248,000 nt of DNA from Wallemia ichthyophaga EXF-994. Taxonomy: Eukaryota; Fungi; Basidiomycota. The position numbers and the translations under genes were made by a program. This document shows, in pieces, positions 144,339 to 158,972 of the stretch (the first letter of the stretch is position 1; every line of letters begins with the position of its first letter). The stretch spans positions 20,001-268,000 of the forward strand of contig NW_008806283.1 of NCBI RefSeq assembly GCF_000400465.1, read 5' to 3'. A model generated the notes under the pieces. That model was not told where the DNA came from. It made no database searches and was given only the letters and a program-made list of their open reading frames with translations.

Positions 144339-147132
144339 ATGAAATCACTCTTGATTCGTATCGGCCAACTCGTTCTAGCGGCGATCCAGATCAAGGGCAG
144401 TGTATTTTCAAGTATGACAGACCTTAAGCTTATCCTACAAGTCTATTTTATCGGCGGTATTACTTTCATTCCGCTATTGTTGGTGCTATCCATTTCGGCG
144501 TTCATCATACTTGCCCCGAGAGCGAGTAAAGACCAAGCCAAGGAAAAGCCTAAAGTTTTAAAGCAGCCACTACAAGATTCTAAAGTCACCAAGTCTGGCT
144601 GGTTGCATTTAAAGCGTGACTTTGAACTAGATCCGACACTATCTGTAGACGAATCCTATGCCTCAATGATTATTGCGGGGTACAAATCTCTAGTAGAGAA
144701 CAAAGATGTACAGCACCGCCCTAAACCAAAAGCAAGATACATCTTCTGGGCAGTTCTCAAATCTCGCACTTTATACATATATACCGATGACAGTTGTGAT
144801 GAGATTGTCGTCGCACTAAATTTGGATTCCATCGATGTCAGCATTTATCCACCTGGATTGCTTGATGCGGAGTTGTTCACTAAGCGCACTGCCATCAAGC
144901 TACAAATAGATTCTAGTCACGGCGTTTCGAATGACTATATGGACAAGGAGAATAATAAGGATAAGGACAAGGATAGCAGTAATAGTGAGATTGATGATAC
145001 TTTGGACGTCACAAACAAATCCAAGCCTTACTTCATCCATGCCTTGAATCTCGTTGATTTCGAAGGTAAGTTTAGTATCAATGTCTATGAAGTCATCGTC
145101 TAACAAAATGTTTCAGACTGGTACCATGAGTTTATACAGGCTTCAGATCCAGCGAGCAATCCATACTCGGAACCGTACCCCTCATTTATCATCGACGATA
145201 TGAAAAGATTGGTTAGTAATATCGATAACGATCCAGATCCAATTCCCACCCGTTGGTTGAACGCCTTATTGGGCAGATATTTCTTTGGTATTTATCGTAC
145301 GCAATGGATAGAGGATTGGATTATCGGTCGTATCATGAAAAAGCTGAAGGTGGTCAAAAGACCAAAGTTTTTGTCAAATATTACGGTCACCGAAGCTAAT
145401 TTGGGTGATATGCCACCGAAATTCTCCAAACCGGTACTGAAGGAGTTGACTAAAGAGGGCGATGCTTCAGTTGAAGTACATGTGTCATTCAAAGGCTGTG
145501 TTAAGATTACACTGACCGCTACAGCTTCAATCAACTTAGGTAATAGGCTAAAGTCATACTCTGTCGATCTGGTTCTAGCTGTGGTATTAAGAAGTTTGGA
145601 AGGAAACATGATTATAAAGATGAAGAAGCCTCCATCGAATAGAATTTGGTATGGCTTTACGACTATGCCAGAAATGGAATTAGATGTCGAACCTGTCGTT
145701 GAAGATAGAAAGGTCAAATGGAATATGGTGCTATCTACAATAAAGGACAAATTAAGAGAGATGGTCAGTAAGATGAATAGTACTACTTTCAATCAGCTGA
145801 CACAACATTTAGATACAAGAAGGTTTGGTGATGCCAGCAATGGATGATATCGCATTTTTCGATACAAGCAATGAGATACACAGGGGTGGTATCTTCTCTG
145901 AAGCGACTAGAAGAGAAGGCACGAAATTTCCGCAAAATCGACCAGAATCAATCAAGCAACGTGATCAAGAAATACTGGAACACAGTGATAAGAAAGAATC
146001 AATTGCACCTACATCACTTGATGGAACAGATTTGCCTTCAGGACTGCCCGGTATAGACTTGACGACGTATGAAAAAGATGAGAGCGACGCTAATAATAGA
146101 GATGGGAACGTACTTGATTCGCAAACATCTTTAGCACCAGCACCAGCATCAGCGTTGGCGTCGTCATCGGCTTCTGTTGGGAGCACATCATCCAAGACCA
146201 AGTCATGGTTCAGTGAGAAGTTTAATAAAGATAGCTGGCTAGAGCATTTGAAGAGCCACAATACAAATCATCAAAACTCTTCGCTAGCTGACGGATCTGC
146301 TTCATTGGTCGGTAAGCATTTGAAGAAGAAAGAGAGTGGTGATGTCAGTGTTACCCACAGTGAAGCAGCTGTGTCTCCAATGAAAAGCGAAGAGGATGAG
146401 GAGACTGGCGAAAAGCTTTCGGTGAAAAGCGACAATAACGCAGCTATACCAATATCATCTTCATCTTCAAGTTCAATTTCAGTGTCATCAAAGGGGAGTA
146501 CGTATACAAACACACCATCATCTGCAATAGAAGCGCTGAAATCATCACCTAAACTGAATCACGCTAAAGATGCATTGAAGAAAATAAGTAAGAAAAAAAA
146601 GAGTCATGGTAGTGAAGGGTCGTTGAAGAAGAAGGCGAAGGATCAGAAGGCAAAGGGAAAAGATAATGAGGTACCTTTAATGAAACCAGCGGAGAAATTG
146701 AATGAAAGAATGCATATATCACGCAGTCAACCAACAGTTGAGTTGAATCTGTCTAATGAAACGAATGATAATGAAATTAATGAGAGTAGAAGAAGATCAT
146801 CAGTAACGACACCACCGAAAGCTTCACCAATGATGTCAATACCTGGTATACCAAGTGAACGGAAAGGACAGAGTAGCTCATCGCGTTCGATAGATTCACC
146901 ATCGGGATCGCTTGATAAAGTAGTTTCAGAGTCGAATGATCGTAGACAAGGGACTCACAGAATGACATCAAGCATTAGTAGTAATAATTCAACGTATGAG
147001 AATGCAACTGCTAGTATGTCTAGTTCACCTAACAGCAACAGGAGCAGTAGATCAGAGCAGTTGTTGAGTAGAATAAAATCAAAAGATAAAGCTAGCAGGA
147101 GTAATGATGATGTTAACAAAGAGGATTATTAG
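144339..147132 (+). CDS. NVJ2: PH/SMP-domain contact-site protein (Nvj2-like)
   Basis: TM, PH, WLNALLGR..KPPSNRIWYGF SMP. Confidence 0.8.
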
Positions 147133-147155
147133 TTGTACAAGTAATGAAACAAAGA

Positions 147156-147710
147156 TTAAGTATGTTTCTTGGATTTCTTCGACTTCGGTGGTTGAGATGT
147201 ATTTAATGAAGTTGAGGAATTTGATGAAGGAGGTTTTTCTTGATGAGAATCTGAAGAGCGTTTCTTGCTCTTTTTGTCTGATCTGAATTTTCTGTCATTA
147301 GAAGTCTTCTTTTCGGAATGATCGTTATCGAATCTTAAATGCTGAGATTGTTGGGGTTGCTCAGTGGACTTCTGTTGAAGCTGTAAAGCAGCTTTAATGA
147401 ATCTATCAGCAGCAGGCTTATCAACATTCAACTTGTGTTGAGGTTCCTGTGCGTGCTTAATCTTTGAGAATTGCAATTTAATTCTATTAAGTTCATTTGC
147501 GATAGAATGATCTGTTGTATCCACGCCTTTCAGATTTAGTAAAATATAAACAAGATCCTGTATAAAATATGCCAAATTAGCCTGTAATTCTGATTGTTTG
147601 ATAGTATCTAATTCTCCCAGGTATTCATCTAAGCTCTTGTCGCCTGTAATTGATTTCAAAATTTTATTAAATTCATTTAATTTTAAGGTGAACTCATTAT
147701 ACAGGTCCAT
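147156..147710 (-). CDS. LRP1: Exosome cofactor Rrp47/C1D
   Basis: LKGVD..HSIANELNRIK, DKPAADRFIK. Confidence 0.8.
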   Translation of the reverse strand: MDLYNEFTLKLNEFNKILKSITGDKSLDEYLGELDTIKQSELQANLAYFIQDLVYILLNLKGVDTTDHSIANELNRIKLQFSKIKHAQEPQHKLNVDKPAADRFIKAALQLQQKSTEQPQQSQHLRFDNDHSEKKTSNDRKFRSDKKSKKRSSDSHQEKPPSSNSSTSLNTSQPPKSKKSKKHT

Positions 147711-147734
147711 ATTGGATCAACGACGACGTTATCT

Positions 147735-148149
147735 ATGGTGTGTCAATGAGTTATCATTGAATATTTTAAATTCTAATAATTTAGTCCGAAAATCTTAATT
147801 ATATTCAAAATCAACAATTAGAGAGATTACACGCAAGATATACAGGTACTGGTAATCCTGATATATCCAAACAGTGAGCACATCTAACTTGTTATTATGA
147901 ATAATCCTAACCAATAAAATTCAGCGAATGGGTCACAAACCAACAAAGAGATACATTTGCTAGCATCGTCGGTCATCCACCTCTATCCTCGTATATGTCC
148001 ATAGCAGATGGTGAATCAATATCACGTACAAAGTTTAAAATGATACAGGTGAGTAAAATTCCATATAAACTCTTAGTAAATATAACTCAATGTACATGTA
148101 TTAGTCTATGATATCCCCAGCTGGTCCACCACCTCATAAGGATGATTAG
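147735..148149 (+). CDS. YSF3: Splicing factor SF3B5/Ysf3 (multi-exon)
   Basis: QLERLHARYTGTG, EWVTNQQRDTFASIVGHP, PAGPPP; not in ORF track. Confidence 0.88.
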
Positions 148150-148316
148150 ATTTTCTATCAAGATGATATTCAACTATAAATTAACAACCCACCTGTATTT
148201 TAATAAATTTCCTCTACATTTACCAATTTCGTTAAATTTTACTTGAGTTACTATACGCGTCTCACTGCGCGCGTTACTGTCTTCAACTTATATCATCATC
148301 TCTGTTGAAATAAAAA

Positions 148317-150066
148317 ATGGCAACGACCTCGAGAAGGCAGAGCCCAAGACTGTCAACTGGCTTGTCGAATAACTTATCCAAGCAATCCTCTTACACCTTC
148401 TTAATGCCCTCGTTAGAAGACGATGAAGTAGATGTTCCACCTCCATCAGCTCCTTTACCATCACGCAGAAATACAAGGCAGAATAGCAGCTCTGATCTTG
148501 ACAGTAGAAAGAAGCCTAGGATTGATGTACGTCTCTTGATATCTCTCCAGTCTTCGTCTAACTTGATATCGCTAGCAGCCTTCACAATCCCAACCTCTAC
148601 CTTCAGATCAAAAAGCTCACAAATCTCCGCGATCGTCTAAAGATGACTTTAATTCCAAACAACTCAAGTCGAATCATCATGATAACCGCAAACTCCAACC
148701 TCATCAAAAAGATAGGCTAAAAGAAAAGGAAAGAGATAAGGAGAAGAAGGATGTTCAGGAAAGAAAAGATGCAAAAGATAAAGATAAAGCTAAGAGGCTT
148801 CAACTTCAACAGGATAAACCTACTCAGCGTAAAGATAATCAACTCAGTATTAAAGATCAAGGTCCTACAAAGATACCTAGGCCTTTTAAAATTCCTGAAA
148901 CTGCTACAAATAACGTATCATCCACTCCAATGAAAGCTCCTCAGCCTCAAATATCAAAACATGTCGATATCTCTGCACCTATGCCAGTCGCCGAAACTCC
149001 TCAAATAAAAGCAAATAAAGATTTGAGAAAAAGTAGGCGGTCTTCTGTAGGCAATAGAGGAAAGCGATCATCATCTTGGTCTAGATCAGGTATCATCGTA
149101 CCACCACACCCTGATCTCAACTCCACAGAGTTCTGTAGGCATATAGACGAAGATTTACCCGATCCAAGGAGGTTCAAGATTCTTTTTGAATGGTGCAGGT
149201 TTAGAGCATGTAATCCAGATGTCGTTAAACCTAGAAGATCAAAAAGAGTTGAAGAGAGTGAACTCAAAGAGCAAAAGCTTTTACTAGATGCAATAAACAA
149301 TAAAAAGGTTGTCAGCTTAGCACAAAATGTTGTCGATGATTGGGTAAAGTCGTTGTCTATCAATGCTCCACCTTGGATGCCACCAAAGAGCAACAAACAG
149401 AGGCAGAAAGCTAAAAATCCCGAAAATGAGAAGTACAAGGAGCTAATAAGGAAGTCTCAAGAAACTCTAGCAAAGTTAAAACTAGAGGATGAAACTTGGT
149501 CGAGGTTGCGATCAGATGCTAGGAAAGCTGAACAAGAATCTGTAGATGTATACAACAATCACTCGTCTTTGACAGAGATGAATCAAGACAATGACTTGGA
149601 GCTAGATCAATTACCTGAAGCTGTTCAATCTGATATTCGAGGTATACTCGACAAGTCAACGTCCGACAAAGAAACCATTGATCAGAACAACACGATTAGC
149701 AACCTCAATTATACAATATCAGAATTAGATCAAGTTTACCATCAGTCCTCATCATATCTAGAAACCTCGGAGATATATACAAACAACGTGATGACACATT
149801 ACCTAGGATTACTGAGATCTCGTCTTTCTCTAAACAAGAATGATGATCAAAATGACAACAAATCAGATCAAGAAAAGACGTTACCATCAACTTTAAATTT
149901 GGCAGCAAGCAACAATAATAACAAATACCAAGAAATTGATGCCTTGCCATTGCTCCGAGCAATTTCTAGGCCAATCCAAGAACAACCCAAGACAAACAGC
150001 AATATCAATGAAGATGAAGATGACCGTGCTGGTGAAATCAGTCTATTTTGGAGTAGAAAGGTTTAA
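148317..150066 (+). CDS. DSN1: Kinetochore Mis12 complex Dsn1/Mis13
   Basis: RRSSVGNRGKRSSS, PHPD..EFCRHID..LPDPRRFKIL..W. Confidence 0.8.
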
Positions 150067-150150
150067 TAATTCCGTTCATTAATATTTTTACACTTGTACA
150101 ATTTATAATATACAGTAGAAACATTATTATGCGTGTCTTAAGTTTGATAA

Positions 150151-152419
150151 TTACGTATTCATGCCATCTAAGGCTAATCTTGCTGGTTCACTAACGGAGA
150201 ATTTATCCTGAGACAAAGTCAAGAGCGATTTATCGAATTCCAATAAACGCATACGTGTACGTATCTCACTACGAGCTTGGTAGGGCTGACCTTCAATTGA
150301 ATTCGAAAGGTTACGAAGTGTCCATACAGCAGCAGCTCTAACTCTCTCATCCCAGTGCGTAAGTAATCGCTTCAAGTTGCTGCATATAAGCGGTCGCCAT
150401 AGCAACGTTTTCTTCTGTTCATATGAGCCAGTTGCGACATTATTTACAACATACGCAGCTTGCAATAAAATCTCTACTTGATTTGTTTGAAACTTATGTT
150501 CAATAATCTCCAGAAACTTATCCTCTCCACCAAATCCACTACAAACCAGATTGATATCTACTTCTCTTGTAACTAAATTTCTCAAAACAAATAAAACTTG
150601 CTCAACAACTTCGCTATTGCTGTCATTCAACAGCTTCTTGAAGTGATTATATCCAATTTGATCACAAATAAACCTCTTCAACTCTGTCGATGCAGCAAAA
150701 ACCATATTCTTAATAGCCCAAAGAGTATTCAATCTAACCTTGTGCGATTTCGAGTACGTAAGTTTCACTAGAATCTTTACTCCACCATTTTGTATTAACT
150801 TTTGCTTTAATGGTGAGAATCCGCACACTAAGTTAGCTAAAGCCATCAAGGCTATCACTTTATTACGTTCATTTTCCTCATCATTAGAGATTATGCTCAA
150901 TAATGTCAATTCAACACCTGAATCAACCAATGATGTACGCAACACTCCTACACTTCTACTCAGTGCTCTGATGCACTGTGCAGCTGAGCCTCGAATACCT
151001 TTGGCTTTATGTTGTAAAGATACCGCGATTGCTTTTAATAAATGTGCATCAACGATCAATGTTCTCAATTCATCTAAATGAAGTGCAAGCGCTGCAACTA
151101 TCATCAGAATCCCTTCTTGTAATTTCAGGTTGTCTTCTGATAGCTTACTACCTTCCACGTTGTACTCGTCTTTTTCATACAGCAGACAAGTCTGAAATAT
151201 ATCATTCAGCTTGTTGAGTATACCTGATTTGCACGCATGGTCTTCTAAGTCCGTCGCATCTGACAATATAGTCGCTAAGATGGATGATGCCGGTATCTGT
151301 ATCTCAATGTTTTCATCAAGTAGTCGAATCAGCTGCTCGATTAACTCCAATGCTTTCGGCCTATCAATGGTTGATATAAGTTGGATCGTCGGGGGTCCAT
151401 CGGGTCTAAGAAGGTCTGATTGCTGACTTTTGATAATGTGTACTAGTCTGTTGTTATAATATAAGTCGAATTCAAGATCATTTCAAAACAACTCACGTTT
151501 TACATGCTTCAAGTCTTAATTGGGGACTCTTGCATTCAAAAAATATTGTCAGTGATGGTATTGCTCTCACTATGGCATATAAATGTTAGAATCATCTAAT
151601 AGCATGAATCGGCACGGACTTTGTACCTGTCTAAATGCTAAAACCGCAGGTGAATAGTCTTTGCACAAGGAACCAAGCAGTTTGAGCGCTGCAATTTGAA
151701 GCTATGAAATGGTTAGTTGAATATAATTAAATAAAGGGATCTCACTTTTTGTACATCGCAATAGATGTATTTAGCCAAATGGTCAAGCAGACCCTCTACG
151801 GAAAGAAGCGATGCTTTGTGTCGAGTATCATTCACTGTGGTCAACAAAGTGATCAAGTTGATGACGAGTTTTCTATTAGACGATGTGAGATGTTTGAGGA
151901 GATTAGGTAGGTGCGGAGACTGAATGAATTTGTAAGTCTTTGGCAGGATAGAGCTACATTACCTACAAAAAAAATGTTATTGAGTTGCGCTGCAGCCCTA
152001 GAGCATATATCGTCATCGATTTGCATACTATCTTTGTCGATACCGGCTCTATTGTTATTCGAAAAGGTGGTGATTGTTTTGTAGAAGATAGATGCATTCC
152101 GTAGACATCTGAACAAGTACTCAAGGACGCGTTGACAGTTACAGACGGTTGCAGTCTCAACTAAGCGTTTAACGACGCCATCAAGTACATTGATTAATAG
152201 GTATTGATGATTTGGTTCCATGTTTATATTGGTGTACAAACTGCCAATAATTAACGAAGATTGTATCAGCCTGTCAGTATCAACTTGATTATGTAAATTC
152301 GACGGCGAAATCTGATCAATCAATGATTCCACTTGGCCTTTACTCTCAGAAAGCTGCTTCTTTTGTACTACATCTCCTATAACACTATTCTTAAGCAACT
152401 TCAACTGATGTGTATCCAT
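150151..152419 (-). CDS. Armadillo-repeat protein (ARMC8/Gid5-like)
   Basis: CIRALSRSVGVLRTSLVD, ARM repeats. Confidence 0.8.
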
Positions 152420-152911
152420 GACTGATGATGGTGCTGATGATGGTCAAGGTCGAGAAGGCAAAGTGATTAAAGCATTCATATATCTCAGCACATCAATAGC
152501 AACTTACAACTTAGCTGGCAAGATTTATAGGCACCACCGACAAACACCATCTTCCAGCTCCGTACATGAGATAAGACACAAATCAAGAGAGCGAGACATC
152601 AAAACCTTTCATTCGATCTATTATATTATTTGATAGCACGAAGCTTTTGTTGATACATACTGGTCTGCGACTCACACCATATATGAGCTACATCAGCCAT
152701 GTACAACAAACTCTAGGATGCGGTTGTCCGAACGGAATATATATTATCAACTTAAAGCATTCATCAGTAAGTCATAAACGCTTTTATCACCTCGTTAAAC
152801 TTCGTTAATCTACGTTAACGGGATTGGTATAAAGAGGCAATTCTTCTCTTCCTAAAACTTTAAGACGGTTAGTGAACAACTAAAGTGGATTAGAAGCAAT
152901 GCTCACACAGC

Positions 152912-153152
152912 ACGTCAGGTACTCCAAAGGATCATATTCTATAGGTCGTATCCAGTCTATCGCAGATTTAATTCTGCCACTTTATCATTGGCTCGACGAT
153001 GACTAGTGACCTCCTTCCCTTATTCACCGAGAACTCTGAGGTGGTAGCACGCTGCTAGCCTCTCGATGACGTGCACGCGAACTAATTGTCGACGTTGATT
153101 TCAATGTCTTGACGTGGTTTGTCGTGAGGGACTTGGAGTGTTTTCTGAGGCC
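152912..153152 (+). ncRNA. U3: U3 snoRNA, copy A
   Basis: Box A'/A GTACTCC..GGATCATATTCTATAGG, C' GATGAC, B CTGAGG, C CGATGAC, D CTGA; upstream TATAAA. Confidence 0.85.
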
Positions 153153-154105
153153 ATTATGATTGTATTTTTAATGATTTATTTGATTAATCTTTTATGTTCT
153201 AAACAAGCCTGATAAGTCTGTTTTAGGACGTTGCTTTCATGAATAGTGAACTTGGCAAATGTATATAATTCCAGCTCTGCACTTAACCATGGTGTGATGC
153301 CAATCAACACATCGACGTTATAATCCATGTGGCCAAGAAACGAACGTACTCTAAATATTTTATTTATTTAGTTCTGTCTGACGTAGGCATTCCTCGATCG
153401 ATTAAAAGTCAATCATTGCAACAGACTCCGAAACACCGCAGCCCCGAAACTGAACAAGTGATGCGTCACCTGCAATCTAACAAACTAGCACATATGCCTA
153501 TAAAATTGTATTTGACTATTCATACGCCGCTGCACCTAACGCACGCTTCTTATAAGATCACTCTCATCGTCGATGACAACGCTTTTATACAGAAATCTGC
153601 TGAGAGAATTCAGCAGAAGTGTAAGATGGACCTTCGTTTAGATATTGTGCTAAGAGGAGCTACAGACACCGCCCGGTGAGCGTAATGGTCAGATATTCGC
153701 CCATCTGCGTACACTCTTCGCATCAGCGAGCCACTCAAAGGAAGATATGGAAAGCATGGTGGATTTCCTGAGGGCATCTAGACAACACAAAGAGTTATTG
153801 AAGCGCTACAATCCACTTTCAGACCAGACGCCACAAGAGAGGGTCGAAGCAACTGCCAGAAGGGTTGGTTTGGCAGTTCCACAGACACCCGATTTTTAAC
153901 TTTAATTACGATTGCATTTATCAATACAAATACAAGTTAATTATTAAATTTGGCTTGTGTGTTTGAAGTGAGAAGTAGCAGAAATTTATTCGGAGTTCCA
154001 TAGACATGTCAATGCTCATCCCAAAGCATCCTTGATATCTTGCTCCTTGTTAATACAGTTGAAAAAGAAAATCCCAAATATAAGTAGACAAAAAATACCA
154101 TCATT

Positions 154106-155691
154106 TCACTTGGTCATACCATTGATATCAATCGCAAGAGCTGACGGGTAAGACACCCTCTCGATTTGTTGGTCAATTTGATCACCAAAATCTGATTCCA
154201 CGTCTATATTCATTGCTTGTTGTTCTGGCGTACCTGTATGGAATCTAGATGGTTTGAAAATTTGTGTCAGTTTAGAGAACGCAGACGATTTAGTTGTTGA
154301 GTTGAATTTTGGGCTGGCATCGTTTGGTGACGCAGGTGGTGTCGATAAGGGTGTTAATAGACTTTCAGGTTGCTTAGATGTAAATGAGCCATCGGTTTCG
154401 TTAGAGTTGCAAGACGAGTCTGATGATTCAACGGGCACAGCCACTTTCTTAAGGTTTGGCTTCCTCTCCACCCGTCTGAGGTGTTGAAAATTGACTTCCT
154501 TTGGTGGTGTTGTTGGCGGCGTCAGTGGCAGCTTGTCGTTCTTGTTTGCCCTCTGCCTTACTCTTGGCCTCTTTGGCGAACCTAATTCTTTAGCGTTTGG
154601 TGGAGGTGGGGGTGGTACCACCATTTGTTGTTGTTGAAGATCAACTTGCTGTTGTTGGATTCTATTAGCAACAGCAGATGCAGCGGCAGATGATGTAGCA
154701 GCGGCAGCTTGTCTTGCGGCTTTGTGTGCATGCTTCAATTGAGAAGGTGTCAAGGTAAACTTTTCAACTTGCATTACCCTTTGTTTCAACTCATCAAGAC
154801 TGCATCTTTGAATTGGATCAATAGTGAATATCCTTTTCAAGATGTAATTTGTGAGATCTGATATTGGTAGGATCGTTTTTAGAAAGTCTGGTTCTCGAAG
154901 GTACGCAGAGAATGTCTCATCTGTCAGACTTGCTTCTTTCCAGGGGTTTCTACCGCAGGTTAAATTGACCAAAATAACACCAAGAGACCATATATCGTTG
155001 CGCTTTGTGCAGTAAGGAACTTTTCTGTGAGTCAGAGCCCCATGACAATCTGTACGGAGTTAGTAATTAAATTCCGGAAAAAGTCAATGAACTGACCTGG
155101 ACTCATATAGAAGCTGGAACCGCAGCCAAAATCACCTGAACGTCTCTCTGAAGTAGCCAAACCAAAGTCAGCTAGCAAAATGTTGTTGCCACCCGCAGTA
155201 CACAGAATGTTTTCGGGTTTGAGGTCACGATGGTAAATGCCGAGGCGATGGCAATGTTGAACGGCGTCAACTATTTGTAGAAATACCGACTTGATTAGCT
155301 CGTCGTTGTCGATATATTTGAATTGTTCTGTTATCATTGAAAAAAGGTCGCCTGCTTGAGCATATTCCAAAACAACGAAGATTGTGGCTGGACTATCAAT
155401 AATCGCATGAACGGTTGCGATATTTTGATGTGATGAAGCTAAACCATGCAAAGCAATTTCCCTTCTTTGAAAAGCTTTCTGACGATCATCCAAGCCATAC
155501 TTAGGCAAACACTTAACGGCGTACAGTTCACCGAGCGGTCTATAGTAGTCGTCTAGTCTTTCAGCTAATAGTACTGTACCGTATGCGCCAGTACCAATAG
155601 TGCTAATGAATTTGAGCTTAATACGTCCATCGTCCAGGGTTGACTGTAACAGCGATTGTGCCTGCTGGACGTGCTGTGGGAAGTTGGACAT
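154106..155691 (-). CDS. Ser/Thr kinase, Ran1/Pat1 family
   Basis: IGTGAYG, HRDLKPEN, DFGCGSSFYMSP, LTCGRNPWK. Confidence 0.9.
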
Positions 155692-156655
155692 GATTTGTAT
155701 GTAAAAGCTTCTTTCTTGAACGTTGCAGTCGAGAAGTTAAATTCAATTTTAGTTTAAGATCGAGGTGTGTGAACGAGTACAGAGACGGCGTGTCTAGTCC
155801 TTGTGATGATATCATACGCAGAATTCATAAATTTATTTACCGTTTAAGGAAAGGAAGCAATTATGTTGTAAATTTCGGCGAATTGATCAATATGCGCTTG
155901 TTAATCGCTAGTTTGAGTGTATTACCAAAGCGTAGGAAAATCTTCAATCATGGATTCAACTCAGACATTAATTTAGTAACTAAAACATCAATTTGGAAAA
156001 CTCGGGTGTATTTCTCGTGAATAAACTTTATGCTATTATTAAAATTACAAATTCGTGAAGCTGTGGTATATGATACTGAGTGGTAGTTGAAGAATTGTAC
156101 ATCTGGAAGTTTAATGAAGGATAACGCGGCATGATGGCAACATGTTAAACATTAACTATGATGTCATCTTAAGCTTTTGCACCTCTCATGATAAACGTTG
156201 AATACACTATCTTCATCTTTATAATAGCTTGGTAGAACATCTTTGACCATGTCTTTGTCAACCATTAAAGTTAAGTGACTGGATTTGTTCGCAGTATTCG
156301 CTGCTGGTTTGGGTTTTATTGGTAGCTCATTCAAATAAGCCAAGGAGCTGCGTGAGTTTTTAGACTCTGGGTCAAGTGACCAGGTGGAAGATAATGGCGA
156401 TTGCGGGTGGTCATCGACACTGTATGAGTTAACTTGATGTGAGCGGAAGGGATGAGAACTTACAATTCTAATTTATTGCTAAACTTAACACCTTTTATGC
156501 TCTCCTTGTTAATCAATTGGTTAAAGTCTTTATCTATCCAGGAACTGGGCTGATTAAAGAAGGAGCTAGCACTGGACCTAGTTGAGGGAGTCGTTGTAGG
156601 CGATTTACTTAATTTTATCGAGTCAATCGATTGTAACAAAGCGTATAATCAAGAC

Positions 156656-156928
156656 TCACAGGTTTATATGACTCGTGTTGTGATTCGACTGAAAGAGCTT
156701 GTCTTGAGGGGAATTCTTGTATTGAATATTACTCTCATCGTTCTTGTAATCCGCAGCTTTCCTTCTAATCTGCCAGCAAAGAACGATGACGAATACAACG
156801 ACAGCGAGTACACCCGTGGCGATTACCGAGCCAAAGACGATAGTTTTCGTATTTTCAGATTTATAAGTCATATTAGAGACAGAGAAGGGGATGAGGATGT
156901 AGAAAATCCCAGTGACATAGCATTCCAA
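156656..156928 (-). CDS. Small single-pass membrane protein
   Basis: One hydrophobic segment. Confidence 0.35.
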   Translation of the reverse strand: MECYVTGIFYILIPFSVSNMTYKSENTKTIVFGSVIATGVLAVVVFVIVLCWQIRRKAADYKNDESNIQYKNSPQDKLFQSNHNTSHINL

Positions 156929-157247
156929 TTCCCGTGTTTGTGTGGCTGCGTATCAAACAAGGCATGGTATTAAGGCATTCAATTGGAGTGAAATGAGAAA
157001 TATTCTTAAGTTATCAGGCTACAAGGGGAAAAAGCATTTTGAAGAAGCATGTTGGTCGATTGAGTGACTCGAAGAACGTCAGATACATTCAACTAGCCAA
157101 ATTAAATCGATCATTTATCTCAGTTGAGTGGTATTCATTTGAGTAGTCTTTAACTTCAAATATTCTGGGCCACTTCAACTTGATTGAGAAATTGAAAGAA
157201 GAAGTTTTGTCGAAGAGGCCCATATAAAAGAAAGTTAAAATATTACA

Positions 157248-158972
157248 ATGATGATTTCAAGAAACTTACATAAATTTAATAGGCTAGGCATTAGGAATTA
157301 TACTCATTTTGTTACTACCCCGATTTTCTACGTCAACGCTGATCCCCATATTGGTCACTTATATTCAATTGTTGTCGCGGATACTATCGCGCGTTACTTG
157401 AAATTGAAACACCCCTCCGATAATGTCGCTTATTCTACTGGCACAGACGAGCACGGTTTGAAAGTTCAACAAGCTGCTACCGCCCATTCAACTACACCTC
157501 TTAAATTATGTGACAACATCTCCCCCAAATTTAAAAGTCTAGCAGATTTAGCTCTGTCTTCTCATACAGATTTCATAAGAACCACCAGTCATCATCATAT
157601 CAACACTGTCCATTCCCTATGGTTGGACTTATTCAACAAAGGCTACATCTACAAAGGTAGCCATCAAGGCTGGTATGCTGTATCCGATGAAGCTTTTTAC
157701 TCTGATTCATCTGTCACCGATCACTTTGATCACTCTACCGGTGAATCGTATAAAATTTCCACTGAAACTGGAAAAAGGGTCGAATGGATGTCTGAAACTA
157801 ATTACAAGTTTAAACTTAAACATTTCAGACAAAAGTTGATTGACTGGTTGTTATCAAATCCTAAAGCTATACACCCACCCCAGCAATACAACGCTATCCT
157901 TTCTTCCCTTCAGTCAAATCAGAGCGCCAACTCAGATTTGTCCATATCCCGTCCTTCCAATCGCTTAAACTGGGGTATTCCCGTCCCTAACGATCCTTCA
158001 CATACCATTTACGTTTGGATTGATGCTTTGACTAATTATTATTCTGTTGCTCAACTTCATGGTCTAAGCACTTGGCCTGCTGATATACACGTAGTTGGCA
158101 AAGACATTATTAGGTATATATAAAATCTTCTCATTTGCCTTTAATGCTCATAAGCATTACAGGTTTCACGCTATATACTGGCCTGCTCTACTTTTGGCTT
158201 CAAATAAGCCATTGCCAAAAATTATTCTTAGTCACGCACATTGGACCATGAACGGTTCCAAAATGTCTAAATCCACTGGTAATGTCGTCGATCCTTTCGT
158301 CGCAATTCACAAGTATTCTGCAGACGTACTGAGGTTTTACTTACTTAGAGTTGGTGGTAACTTCGCAAATGACGCTGATTTTAAGCAACACGAATTAGAT
158401 CTGAAATACAGCTCTACTTTAAAGGGCCTACTTGGTAATTTGTTGTCAAGAATTAGTGGAAAAAAAATTATGGATAAACTTTCAAATGCTAATCCCATCG
158501 ATATTCATCCTAATGATAATGAAGAGATCTTACATAACAAGTTGGTTTCTTTGCATACTCGGTTCATAACTTCTATGGATACCTTTGAGATGGGAAAAGC
158601 TTTGGAAACCATCGAAGATACCCTTCACGAGGTTTGTCTGTTCATCTTCTTTTCTTTTATATTTACTCGACCGATCAGGTTAACAGATATTTCACAAAAG
158701 TTGAGCCGTGGTCTGATCATACCTCAATTGAGGAGTGCGCGCGATGTGTCATGTACGCTCGGGAAACACTGCGTATTATTGGTATTCTCCTTCAACCAAT
158801 CATGCCAAATAAAAGCAAAGAATTGCTTGACAAACTAGGTGTCGATTTATATGCAAGAAATTTGCAAGACGCTGCACTGAATATTTCACTCACTCAGACC
158901 TTAACACTCAATACCCAAACAGCTGTACTTTTTCCACCTCTTATTGAAAAGACTACAAGTAATTTAAATTAA
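157248..158972 (+). CDS. MSM1: Mitochondrial methionyl-tRNA synthetase
   Basis: TTPIFYVN..PHIGH, KMSKS. Confidence 0.95.
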
